57,512 bases of DNA from positions 1 through 57,512 of the forward strand of contig JBJKQR010000042.1 of the NCBI GenBank assembly GCA_046735395.1, given 5' to 3'. The stretch is from Fidelibacterota bacterium (GTDB lineage: Bacteria > Fidelibacterota > Fidelibacteria > Fidelibacterales > DSDE01). The translations under genes and the position numbers were made by a program. Shown piece by piece: positions 49,669 to 57,512 of this stretch; the first letter of the stretch is position 1; each line of letters starts with the position of its first letter. The notes beneath the pieces are model-generated. The model saw only the letters and a program-made list of their open reading frames with translations. It searched no databases and was not told the DNA's origin.

Positions 49669-52600
49669 TTATTTGGCGAGATAGCTGTATTTATCCCATT
49701 TCTTCCGGACATCCTCCGTGGCTTCCTTCATCAGTTTTTCAGCAGCCTGCGCGTCGATTTTCTTCAGCATTTTGTAACGGGTTTCGTTGTAGGCATATTC
49801 ACTGAAATCCATTTTCGGATCCTTGGAATCAAGCTGGAAGGGATTCTTGCCTGCATCGGCAAGTTCAGGATTGTAACGGTAGAGCGGCCAGTATCCGGTA
49901 TCCACAGCGGCTTTCTGCTGCTGATTACCCTTTGCCATATCAATTCCGTGGGCAATACAGTGGCTATAGGCGATGATCAGGGACGGGCCGTTGTAGGCTT
50001 CAGCCTCGCGGATGGCTTTGATCGTATGGGCATCATTCGCTCCCATGGCAACCTGAGCGACGTAGACATTGCCATAACTCATGGCCATCATGCCCAGATC
50101 CTTCTTTCCTGCAGGTTTACCACCGGCTGCAAATTTTGCCACAGCGCCGCGGGGCGTAGATTTGGACATCTGTCCGCCGGTGTTGGAATACACTTCCGTA
50201 TCAAGCACCAGCACGTTGACATTGGCGCCGGAAGCCAGAACATGGTCCAGGCCGCCGTATCCAATATCATAGGCCCATCCGTCACCACCGATGATCCATA
50301 CCGACCGGTTGACCAGCGTATCGATCACGGACAGCAGATGTTTGGCATTCGAATCCTTCATGGATTCCAGTTTGCTGCGAAGAGCGGCAACGCGTTCACG
50401 CTGGTTGAAGATTCCTTCTTCCGTGCTCTGATCCGCATTCAGAATGGCTTCGGACAGATCACTGCCAATGCTGCTGCTCATGGATGCAACCAGTTCGCGC
50501 GCATATTCGCTGTGTTTATTGATAGCCAGCCTGAAGCCCAGACCGAATTCGGCGTTATCTTCAAACAGGGAGTTTGACCAGGCCGGTCCTCTCCCCTGCG
50601 CATTTGTCGTCCAGGGTGTGGTGGGCAGGTTACCGCCATAGATGGAGGAACATCCGGTGGCATTGGCCACGACGGCCCGGTCTCCGAAGAGTTTGGAGAC
50701 GAGTCCGATGTAGGGTGTCTCACCGCAGCCGGCGCAGGCACCGGAGAATTCAAACAGAGGTTCAAGATACTGAACACCCTTCACTGCGCCCTGATTAACC
50801 TTGTTCCGGTCATAGGCAGGCAGCTTGAGGTAAAAATCCAGATTTTCCCGTTCCTGTTCGCGGATCGGCAGCTGGGGAACCATATTGATGGCCCGTTTGC
50901 CTTCTTCCGTCTTGCTGTTTACCGGGCAGGCATCCACGCAGATCTCGCAACCGGTACAGTCTTCTACAGCAAACTGCAGCAGATATCTGTCTGTTTCACT
51001 GAATTCGCGGCCTTTGGCCTGCATACTCTTGAGAGATGCGGGAGCATCAGCCAGCAGTGATTCATCCACCACATTCATACGGATGACCTGATGCGGACAG
51101 ACGACAGCGCATTTTCCGCACTGGATACAGATGTTCGTATCCCATTCGGGCACTTCCAGTGCAATATTCCGTTTTTCCCATTTTGTGGTTCCGGTCGGAT
51201 AGGTTCCGTCCAGCGGAAAGGCGGAGACCGGCAGATTATCACCGCGGCCGGCAATGATTTCAGCGGTTACCTTCTTTACAAATTCAGGTGCGTTGGCCGG
51301 TACGACAGCGGCCTGTTCCAGTGAACTGGTCACTTTACCGGGAACGGTGACTTCGTAGAGATTCGCGACCGTCATATCCACGGCTTCAAAATTCTTCCGG
51401 ACGATTTCCTCGCCCTTGTTGCCGTAGGTCTTTTTAATGGTGCCTTTGATCTTTTCAATGGCTTCCTCACGGGGCAGAATACCCGAGATGGCAAAGAAGC
51501 AGGTCTGCATGATCGTATTGATACGGGTACCCATTCCAGTCTTCTTGGCAACCGTGTAGGCATCAATGACGAAAAAGCGGATGTTCTTGCTCAGAATATC
51601 TTCCTGAACCTGTTTCGGCAGCTGATCCCAGACTTCATCCTTGCTGTACTGTGAATTCAGCAGGAAAATGGAATTGGGTGCAGCATACTGCAGCATGTCA
51701 TAACTATAGATAAATTCAGACTGATGACAGGCCACGAAATTTGCCGAGGTAATGAGGTAGCTGGAGGTAATGGGACGCGGTCCGAAGCGAAGATGGCTGG
51801 TCGTGATGGATCCGGATTTCTTTGAATCATATACGAAGTATCCCTGAGCGAAATTATCCGTTTCACCGCCGATGATCTTGATGCTGTTCTTATTGGCGCC
51901 AACGGTTCCGTCCGAACCCAGGCCCCAGAACATTCCGCGGAAGACGTCATCCGCTTCCGTGGAGAAGGACGCATCATAGTCCAGACTGGTGTGGGATACA
52001 TCATCCTGAATACCGATGGTGAAATGATTTTTCGGCGCATCCTTTTTCAGCTCATCATAAATACCCTTGACCATGGCCGGTGTGAATTCCTTCGAGGACA
52101 GACCGTAACGGCCGCCGACCACAACAGGCTCGGCAAAGGGAAGTTTTTCACATTCGGCAATGGCGGTCAGAACGTCCTGATACATAGGTTCGCCCAGGGC
52201 ATTGGCTTCCTTCGTCCGGTCAAGCACGGCGAGCTTCTTTACGGTTGCAGGCAGGGTCTTCAGGAAGACATCCGCAGCGAAGGGACGATAGAGATGAACC
52301 TGCAGGACACCGATCTTTTCACCTTTTGCAGTGAGGTGATCCACCGTTTCCCGTACGGCATCGGCACCCGATCCCATAAAGACGATGACCCGGTCTGCAT
52401 CCTTCGCACCGAAATAATCAAAGAGATGATACTGGCGTCCGGTGATGCCGGCAAACTTGTCCATGGCCCGCTGCACGATATCGGGAACCTTTACATAAAA
52501 ATTATTCACCGTTTCCTTGGACTGAAAATAGACATCCGGGTTCTGAGCTGTACCGCGGAGAACCGGTTTGTCCGGATTCAGCGCCCGCAGACGGTGAGCG

Positions 52601-53202
52601 ACAACCAGGTCTTCATCAAGCATGGATTTCATATCTTCATCACTCAGCTGTTCCACTTTCTGAACTTCATGTGAAGTCCTGAATCCATCGAAGAAATGCA
52701 GGAAGGGAATGCGTGATTCGAGGGTGGCAGCCTGTGCGATGAGAGCCATATCCATGACTTCCTGAACTGAGGAGGAACTCAGCATGGCCCAGCCCGTAGC
52801 ACGGGTCGCCATCACATCCGAATGATCTCCGAAAATGGACAGGGCATGAGTTGCCACCGTCCTTGCGGCAATATGAAATACCGTCGAGGTCAGTTCCCCG
52901 GCGATTTTGTACATGTTCGGGATCATGAGCAGCAGCCCCTGTGAAGCTGTAAAAGTGGTGGTCAGGGCACCGGTCTGCAATGCACCATGAACAGCTCCGC
53001 TCGCTCCGCCTTCGCTCTGAAGCTCGGATACGACCGTTCGTGTACCATATATATTCTTAAGATTCTGCGACGACCATAAATCCGCCCACTCACCCATGTT
53101 TGAGGATGGCGTAATGGGATAAATGGCGGCAACTTCGTTCGTTTTGTAAGCTACATAGGCCGCAGCTTCATTCCCGTCGATCGTGACCATTTTTCTGGAC
53201 AT
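49669..53202 (-). CDS. nifJ: Pyruvate:ferredoxin/flavodoxin oxidoreductase
   Basis: YPITPS, QSEGGA, CIQCGKC/CTGCEIC ferredoxin motifs, GACAGCGE, GGDGWAYDIG. Confidence 0.97.
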   Translation of the reverse strand: MSRKMVTIDGNEAAAYVAYKTNEVAAIYPITPSSNMGEWADLWSSQNLKNIYGTRTVVSELQSEGGASGAVHGALQTGALTTTFTASQGLLLMIPNMYKIAGELTSTVFHIAARTVATHALSIFGDHSDVMATRATGWAMLSSSSVQEVMDMALIAQAATLESRIPFLHFFDGFRTSHEVQKVEQLSDEDMKSMLDEDLVVAHRLRALNPDKPVLRGTAQNPDVYFQSKETVNNFYVKVPDIVQRAMDKFAGITGRQYHLFDYFGAKDADRVIVFMGSGADAVRETVDHLTAKGEKIGVLQVHLYRPFAADVFLKTLPATVKKLAVLDRTKEANALGEPMYQDVLTAIAECEKLPFAEPVVVGGRYGLSSKEFTPAMVKGIYDELKKDAPKNHFTIGIQDDVSHTSLDYDASFSTEADDVFRGMFWGLGSDGTVGANKNSIKIIGGETDNFAQGYFVYDSKKSGSITTSHLRFGPRPITSSYLITSANFVACHQSEFIYSYDMLQYAAPNSIFLLNSQYSKDEVWDQLPKQVQEDILSKNIRFFVIDAYTVAKKTGMGTRINTIMQTCFFAISGILPREEAIEKIKGTIKKTYGNKGEEIVRKNFEAVDMTVANLYEVTVPGKVTSSLEQAAVVPANAPEFVKKVTAEIIAGRGDNLPVSAFPLDGTYPTGTTKWEKRNIALEVPEWDTNICIQCGKCAVVCPHQVIRMNVVDESLLADAPASLKSMQAKGREFSETDRYLLQFAVEDCTGCEICVDACPVNSKTEEGKRAINMVPQLPIREQERENLDFYLKLPAYDRNKVNQGAVKGVQYLEPLFEFSGACAGCGETPYIGLVSKLFGDRAVVANATGCSSIYGGNLPTTPWTTNAQGRGPAWSNSLFEDNAEFGLGFRLAINKHSEYARELVASMSSSIGSDLSEAILNADQSTEEGIFNQRERVAALRSKLESMKDSNAKHLLSVIDTLVNRSVWIIGGDGWAYDIGYGGLDHVLASGANVNVLVLDTEVYSNTGGQMSKSTPRGAVAKFAAGGKPAGKKDLGMMAMSYGNVYVAQVAMGANDAHTIKAIREAEAYNGPSLIIAYSHCIAHGIDMAKGNQQQKAAVDTGYWPLYRYNPELADAGKNPFQLDSKDPKMDFSEYAYNETRYKMLKKIDAQAAEKLMKEATEDVRKKWDKYSYLAK

Positions 53203-53509
53203 TATTTTTCTCCTGTTATTTGTCTTTTGTACATCGCGGAAATATACTCAAATCCCGTGCCAATTATAAGGATTTTCATGATTTTTATCATATCGCACAA
53301 CTCCCTGATATTTCAATGTATTACACAAATTGAAAAGCAGCTTGTTCCCGCTCTGTGAGCAAAACATTATCAATAATGATAATTCCGGATTTCATTCCCG
53401 AAATTATTCCTGTAAATGAGAATCATAAGCTGAATTAAGTAAATTTCCTTGAACAGAACTTCCTCAATAAGATTACAGGTCCTTTAGCTTATGTAAAATA
53501 TGTTGTATG

Positions 53510-53569
53510 AAAAAAAGGAAGCTCCCGAAAAACTTAAAATCAAAAAAACCAAAAAAAAGGAGCTTCCCT
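53510..53569 (-). ncRNA. Candidate ~60-nt small RNA or attenuator hairpin with U-rich loop
   Basis: Starts 7 nt after a predicted -10; GGAAGCUCC/GGAGCUUCC stem around a U-rich loop, ending in U7. Confidence 0.5.
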
Positions 53570-53575
53570 AAAAAG

Positions 53576-53604
53576 AATGTAGGGAGTTGAACCGTTCAGG
53601 TCAA
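53576..53604 (-). promoter_or_regulatory. sigma70-type promoter
   Basis: Minus strand TTGACC-N17-TACATT. Confidence 0.6.
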
Positions 53605-53773
53605 AATATTTTTACAGAGAATGCGGCATTATTTTTCGGACGGGCCTTTATAAAGGCTTCTCAGCCCTGTTCGGCAAAACCTTTTTTATAGAATTGAAAA
53701 AACATTCGGGAAATTCCTGAAAATTTGCTTTTGGTTATGTCGGGGATTGTCAGTATATTCGCCCTGCAAATTT

Positions 53774-53847
53774 CGGGGTGTAGCGCAGCCCGGTAGCGCG
53801 CTTCGTTCGGGACGAAGAAGTCGGAGGTTCAAATCCTCTCACCCCGA
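53774..53847 (+). tRNA. tRNA-Pro(CGG)
   Basis: Acceptor CGGGGTG/CACCCCG, anticodon arm CTTCG-TT-CGG-GA-CGAAG, GGTTCAAATCC. Confidence 0.95.
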
Positions 53848-53881
53848 CAGTGTTTCAGACCTACATACTCTACAGTGCGTT

Positions 53882-54125
53882 GCCTTCGATACGTCCTCCG
53901 GACTACTCAGGCGCAGGGTTGTTTCGGTGATCGAGTAAACCCGAAGGGTTGTATCGAGATCACTGTTCTGCCTTGCCTTCGATACGTCCTTCGGACTACT
54001 CAGGCGCAGGGTTGTTTCGGTGATCGAGTAAACCCAAAGGGTTGTACCGAGATCACAGTTCTGCCTTGCCTTCGATACGTCCTTCAGACTACTCAGGCGT
54101 CGGCATTATACGGACTACTCAGGCG
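53882..54125. repeat. REP/BIME-like array, left arm: A-B-A-B-A-half A (period 93)
   Basis: A=GCCTTCGATACGTCCTTCGGACTACTCAGGC at 53882, 53975, 54068; B=GTGATCGAGTAAACCCGAAGGGTTGTATCGAGATCAC at 53927, 54020 (copies differ by 1-2 nt). Confidence 0.92.
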
Positions 54126-54420
54126 CAGGCTCTTTACGGAATACTTTTTTCGCCAAAACCGACAATAATTCGAGGTCACCTTTTATCAATGCCTCTTTCT
54201 TTTTCCGGCTCCAGCGTTGAATTTGTTTTTCACGATAAAAAGCAACGTCAATACGATCAAATTCTTCAAAATATATTAGAGTGACAGGTAAGCGTCTTTT
54301 TGTGTGTCTGGCGCCTTCACCATGCTGATGTTGCCAGAGTCTTCGGTCGATATCCCGGGTGCTCCCGGTGTAATAGCTCCCGTCGCAACATTCGAGGATG
54401 TACATATAACCTCTTGGCAT
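54115..54420 (-). CDS. GIY-YIG endonuclease, YhbQ/UPF0213 type
   Basis: YMYILEC.DGSYYTGST..RR..QH..G.GARHT....P..L.Y.E.....A..RE.QI...SR..K; AAGGAG RBS. Confidence 0.9.
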   Translation of the reverse strand: MPRGYMYILECCDGSYYTGSTRDIDRRLWQHQHGEGARHTKRRLPVTLIYFEEFDRIDVAFYREKQIQRWSRKKKEALIKGDLELLSVLAKKVFRKEPAPE

Positions 54421-54432
54421 TAGGTTCTCCTT

Positions 54433-54609
54433 GCCTTCGATACATCCTTCGGACCAATCTCGCGCCGTGTTGCTCCGGTGATCGAGTAAACCCGCAGGGT
54501 CGTACCGAGATCACAGTTCTGCCTTGCCTTCGATACGTCCTTCGGACTACTCAGGCATCGGCATTATACAGACTACTCGGGCGTCGGCATTGTACGGGCT
54601 GCTCAGGCG
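54433..54609. repeat. REP/BIME-like array, right arm: degenerate A-B-A-half A-half A
   Basis: Partial A 54433-54454, B 54478-54514, A 54526-54556, 26-bp units at 54558 and 54584. Confidence 0.9.
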
Positions 54610-54936
54610 CCGGAGGGAAATGATAATACAACCCAATTTAGATGATTATTGAGTGATTGGCAAACGGCTCTGATTTATTTATCCTATACAGACGATTACA
54701 GGACAGATATTAAATCAAGACAAGTCTAAGACTAATATGCCCAGAATAAAAAATTATAATCGCGAATGACTGGATCTGTGTGTTTCATCGGTCATTTCCT
54801 AAAAATACCGAAGCTCACTCATTCGAATTGTACAGCAAAAAACGTAAATCCCATAAATATAACAAGTCACGAATTGAAACACAGTAATGCGCGTAGCTGT
54901 CATATAATTAGTGATTAAGAATATATAAACGATTTA

Positions 54937-55920
54937 TCAGGCAAAGAGAAGGACGAATTTCTCAAACATTTCCGTATCGAAATGGTGAATCATTTCCTTT
55001 TTCATCAGGGTCAGAGCCTGAAAGGGCGTCATGCTCTGTTTGTAGGGACGGCGTGACGTGAGGGCATCATACACATCAGCGATACAGCAGAGCCGGCCAT
55101 AGAGATGAATATCATCGCCGTAGAGCCCGTAGGGATAGCCGGAACCGTCATAGCGCTCATGATGCTGCTGTACGATCACCTTGATTTCGTTACTCAGATC
55201 CATGGCATCCTTCAGCATGACATAGCCGAAATTCGGGTGTTTCTTCATCTCATCAAATTCTTCAACCGTGAGTTTGCCCTCTTTGGTAATGATATTCTGC
55301 TGTATGCGGGTCTTACCCAGATCATGGAGAAAAAATCCTGCGCCCAGTTCATTCATGTCGTGCGAACTGGATTTGGAAAACAGTTTCTTCGCCAGCATCA
55401 GTGACAGGACACCGACATTGACGGAGTGTGTATAGGTATAAAAGTCATGGGACGTGATGCCCAGGAGAAAATTTGACGTCGCCGGTTCCCCCAGTATCAT
55501 GGACACCATGTCATTCACGCCATCCTTATACTGCCTGATATTTTCAGTAGTCGGACTGTCCATAAGCTTTTCCATGATCTTTACAGACGTCGTGTAGACG
55601 ATACCGGCCTTTTTCTGCGGCTCAATCTTTTTATCCCTTATCACTTCCTTCAGCTGGTAGGGAATCAGTTCGCGGGTGGCATCCCAGTCTTCCGGGACAT
55701 AGATATGCTCTTCCTTTTTTTCAATTTCCCGAACTTTGAAATAGGGACTTCGCGTCACATCCACCGTATAATCGTCAAGTCCCAGCCTCAGCATATTCTC
55801 CAGCAACTCTTCATTTTCTATGAGCAGCTGATGCTTCTGAAACTTATGTTGCATAAAACCGGGCGGCAGAATAACGAACATTCCGATCCGCAAATCCTGT
55901 TTTTTTACTTTTTTAAACAT
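54937..55920 (-). CDS. HD-GYP c-di-GMP phosphodiesterase with N-terminal DUF3391-like domain
   Basis: LRIGMFV N-terminus; YTYTHSVNV, LHDLGK, HHERYDGSGYP, IADVYDALTSRRPYK. Confidence 0.9.
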   Translation of the reverse strand: MFKKVKKQDLRIGMFVILPPGFMQHKFQKHQLLIENEELLENMLRLGLDDYTVDVTRSPYFKVREIEKKEEHIYVPEDWDATRELIPYQLKEVIRDKKIEPQKKAGIVYTTSVKIMEKLMDSPTTENIRQYKDGVNDMVSMILGEPATSNFLLGITSHDFYTYTHSVNVGVLSLMLAKKLFSKSSSHDMNELGAGFFLHDLGKTRIQQNIITKEGKLTVEEFDEMKKHPNFGYVMLKDAMDLSNEIKVIVQQHHERYDGSGYPYGLYGDDIHLYGRLCCIADVYDALTSRRPYKQSMTPFQALTLMKKEMIHHFDTEMFEKFVLLFA

Positions 55921-55937
55921 AATTTCTGCCCGGTAAC

Positions 55938-56168
55938 TTACATTTTAGTCTGTATCAGTTCCTGTATCTCACCTTCATAGGGAAAACGTCCTGACTCAAG
56001 TTTAGAAAAAATCAGTTCTCTGCCTACTTCGATTTCAAATACTCCCCCGGAGCTTTGAATCAATTCGGGAACGATACCGAACTCACCTTCCAGTTCCACT
56101 GCCAACCTGACAGCGCGCGGTTTGTAGTTTCACATCATGCAGAAGGTGATTCTGATGGTCTTTTCCAT
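55938..56168 (-). CDS. SelW/SelT/SelH (Rdx)-family selenoprotein, 76 aa, Sec at codon 13
   Basis: MEKTIRITFCMM-U(TGA 56132-56130)-NYKPRAVRLAVEL...SSGGVFEIEVGRELIFSKLESGRFP; not in ORF track. Confidence 0.88.
56097..56115 (-). promoter_or_regulatory. Candidate bacterial SECIS hairpin
   Basis: CGCUGUCA-GGU-UGGCAGUG; loop G about 23 nt after the UGA. Confidence 0.65.
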
Positions 56169-56177
56169 AGCTTTGCC

Positions 56178-56702
56178 CTACCAATGGTTGTTTGAAATTT
56201 TCGTTTCGTCGTATTGCGTGCGTCCCTCTTTATCTTCCTCTCCTTTTCCAAGCAAAACAATGGATAATATGGAGATTGGCTCCGGAATGTCAAATATTTT
56301 CTTCAGCGCATCCCCCCGTTCCAGTCTGGGATTCACGCCCAGCCAGAGAGAACCCAGATCCAGTGACGTGGCCGCCGTCAGAATATTTTCGGTTGCTGCT
56401 GAACAGTCCTGCACCCAGTATGCAGGTGATTTCTGTGAATCCCCGCAGACCACAATCGCTGCAGACGCAGAGGACGCCGCCTTTCCGTAAGGATGTACTT
56501 TACTGATTTCCAGTAATAGCTTCCTGTCATCCACGACAATGAAATGCCAGGGCCGGGCATTATTGGCACTGGGTGCGGCCATTGCCGCTTTCAGGATGCT
56601 GTCCAGTTCGTCAGCCTGCAATTGATAATTCGGGTCATATTTCCGAATACTGCGCCGGCGGGTCATACTTTCAAGGGTTTGATTCTGTATACCTAAAGTC
56701 AT
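56178..56702 (-). CDS. Nitroreductase-family protein
   Basis: RRSIRKY, AAMAAPSANNARPWHF, QDCSAATENIL.AA..LGS.W.G. Confidence 0.92.
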   Translation of the reverse strand: MTLGIQNQTLESMTRRRSIRKYDPNYQLQADELDSILKAAMAAPSANNARPWHFIVVDDRKLLLEISKVHPYGKAASSASAAIVVCGDSQKSPAYWVQDCSAATENILTAATSLDLGSLWLGVNPRLERGDALKKIFDIPEPISILSIVLLGKGEEDKEGRTQYDETKISNNHW

Positions 56703-56874
56703 AGCTGAATTTTATGGATTTAAAAAGTAAAAACAACTAAACAAAATCAGGAAAATGAATTATTCTCTTGACATAATTGTGACAGTGGACATAAACTCTG
56801 GTAAAGAAAGAGCATACTTTTATGTATGAGGGGTTTTCAACATATTATGAAATAATAAAGCGATGGATGGATTT

Positions 56875-57512
56875 ATGAAAAGATTGTTATGTTTTTTTCT
56901 GCTTCTGATCCCGCTGGTATTGCAGGCTATTCCCAGTGGTGAAGAACTGGATATTGAAGTTCAGTTGTTGCCCACGGCACAATTCAATCTGGCTGACTGG
57001 AACGACCCGGCCATCAACCTGTGGATGGTGACACTGCTGAATAAGACGGATCATGATACGGCTGCATTTATTGAATTCAGGCTGGATGTGAGCGGCGCAG
57101 CGGGCATCAACCCGTCTTCAAACCCCGTTGTCTGGGGCGTGACATCCCAGATTGATCTCGCATCCGGGGAATCAAAAGTGATGTACAGTGCTGATTTTTC
57201 CGGCGAAGGGAACATGAAAGCCTTCGAGATTGTTAGTGATTTTCAGGACATCATTGAAACCAACGGATATCTGCCCTCCGGTAATTATGACATTAAAATG
57301 CTGGTCTGGACCGGACGGACCGATGGCTATAATATTATAAATGATCTGGACAAGACTGCACGGCGTGTAAACCAGAGCGACGAAAACAGTCTCCTGGACA
57401 TTTCCTGGGATCACAGTTTTGTGGATACGGATTATCATGATAACTGGGACTGGAACAGCGACAAGGCAAAACAGACCGGTACGGATATCCTTGAGAATGT
57501 CCTGGTCAGCAC
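56875..57512 (+). CDS. Secreted hypothetical protein (runs off window)
   Basis: ATG 56875 gives MKRLLCFFLLLIPLVLQA signal peptide; frame open to window end; TTGACA at 56768 upstream. Confidence 0.7.
   Translation, partial: MKRLLCFFLLLIPLVLQAIPSGEELDIEVQLLPTAQFNLADWNDPAINLWMVTLLNKTDHDTAAFIEFRLDVSGAAGINPSSNPVVWGVTSQIDLASGESKVMYSADFSGEGNMKAFEIVSDFQDIIETNGYLPSGNYDIKMLVWTGRTDGYNIINDLDKTARRVNQSDENSLLDISWDHSFVDTDYHDNWDWNSDKAKQTGTDILENVLVS

Noticed and set aside
53875..54168. 97-aa ORF with 31-aa repeats (also 54300..54623 and 54317..54514)
   Set aside because: By-product of the 93-bp repeat period; overlaps the repeats and the GIY-YIG gene
53882..54609. CRISPR array
   Set aside because: Sequences between repeats are themselves near-identical copies rather than unique spacers, and no cas genes are present

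Overview
A 57.5-kb window of mostly housekeeping chromosome. The host is probably an anaerobic Gram-negative bacterium of the FCB group (inferred from NxPNPFN-type sorting domains, a FISUMP protein, waaA and nifJ-type PFOR). It carries five tRNAs (Gln-CTG, Glu-CTC, Arg-ACG, Ser-GGA, Pro-CGG), leuS, tex, guaAB, lon and PFOR. It also has an envelope-glycan operon (GT2s, LTA-synthase-like protein, GT-D, neuA-neuB-HAD phosphatase of the Kdn type, waaA), two hybrid histidine kinases with a solute-binding protein, an arginine-synthetase-like gene with carbamate kinase, and a lexA-imuB-dnaE2-SRAP mutagenesis cassette. Features the ORF track misses: (1) a YhbQ-type GIY-YIG gene downstream of tRNA-Pro, embedded in an array of two alternating, oppositely oriented, covarying hairpin repeats (REP/BIME-like, no transposase); (2) a SelW/Rdx-family selenoprotein (CxxU, in-frame TGA plus SECIS-like hairpin); (3) a candidate ~60-nt promoter-driven sRNA with a U-rich loop upstream of PFOR; (4) a 177-bp-period rtT-like repeat of the tRNA-Ser 3' end; (5) a glycosyltransferase that appears to start at ATT; (6) a candidate LexA operator. 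All calls come from reading the sequence; no searches were run.
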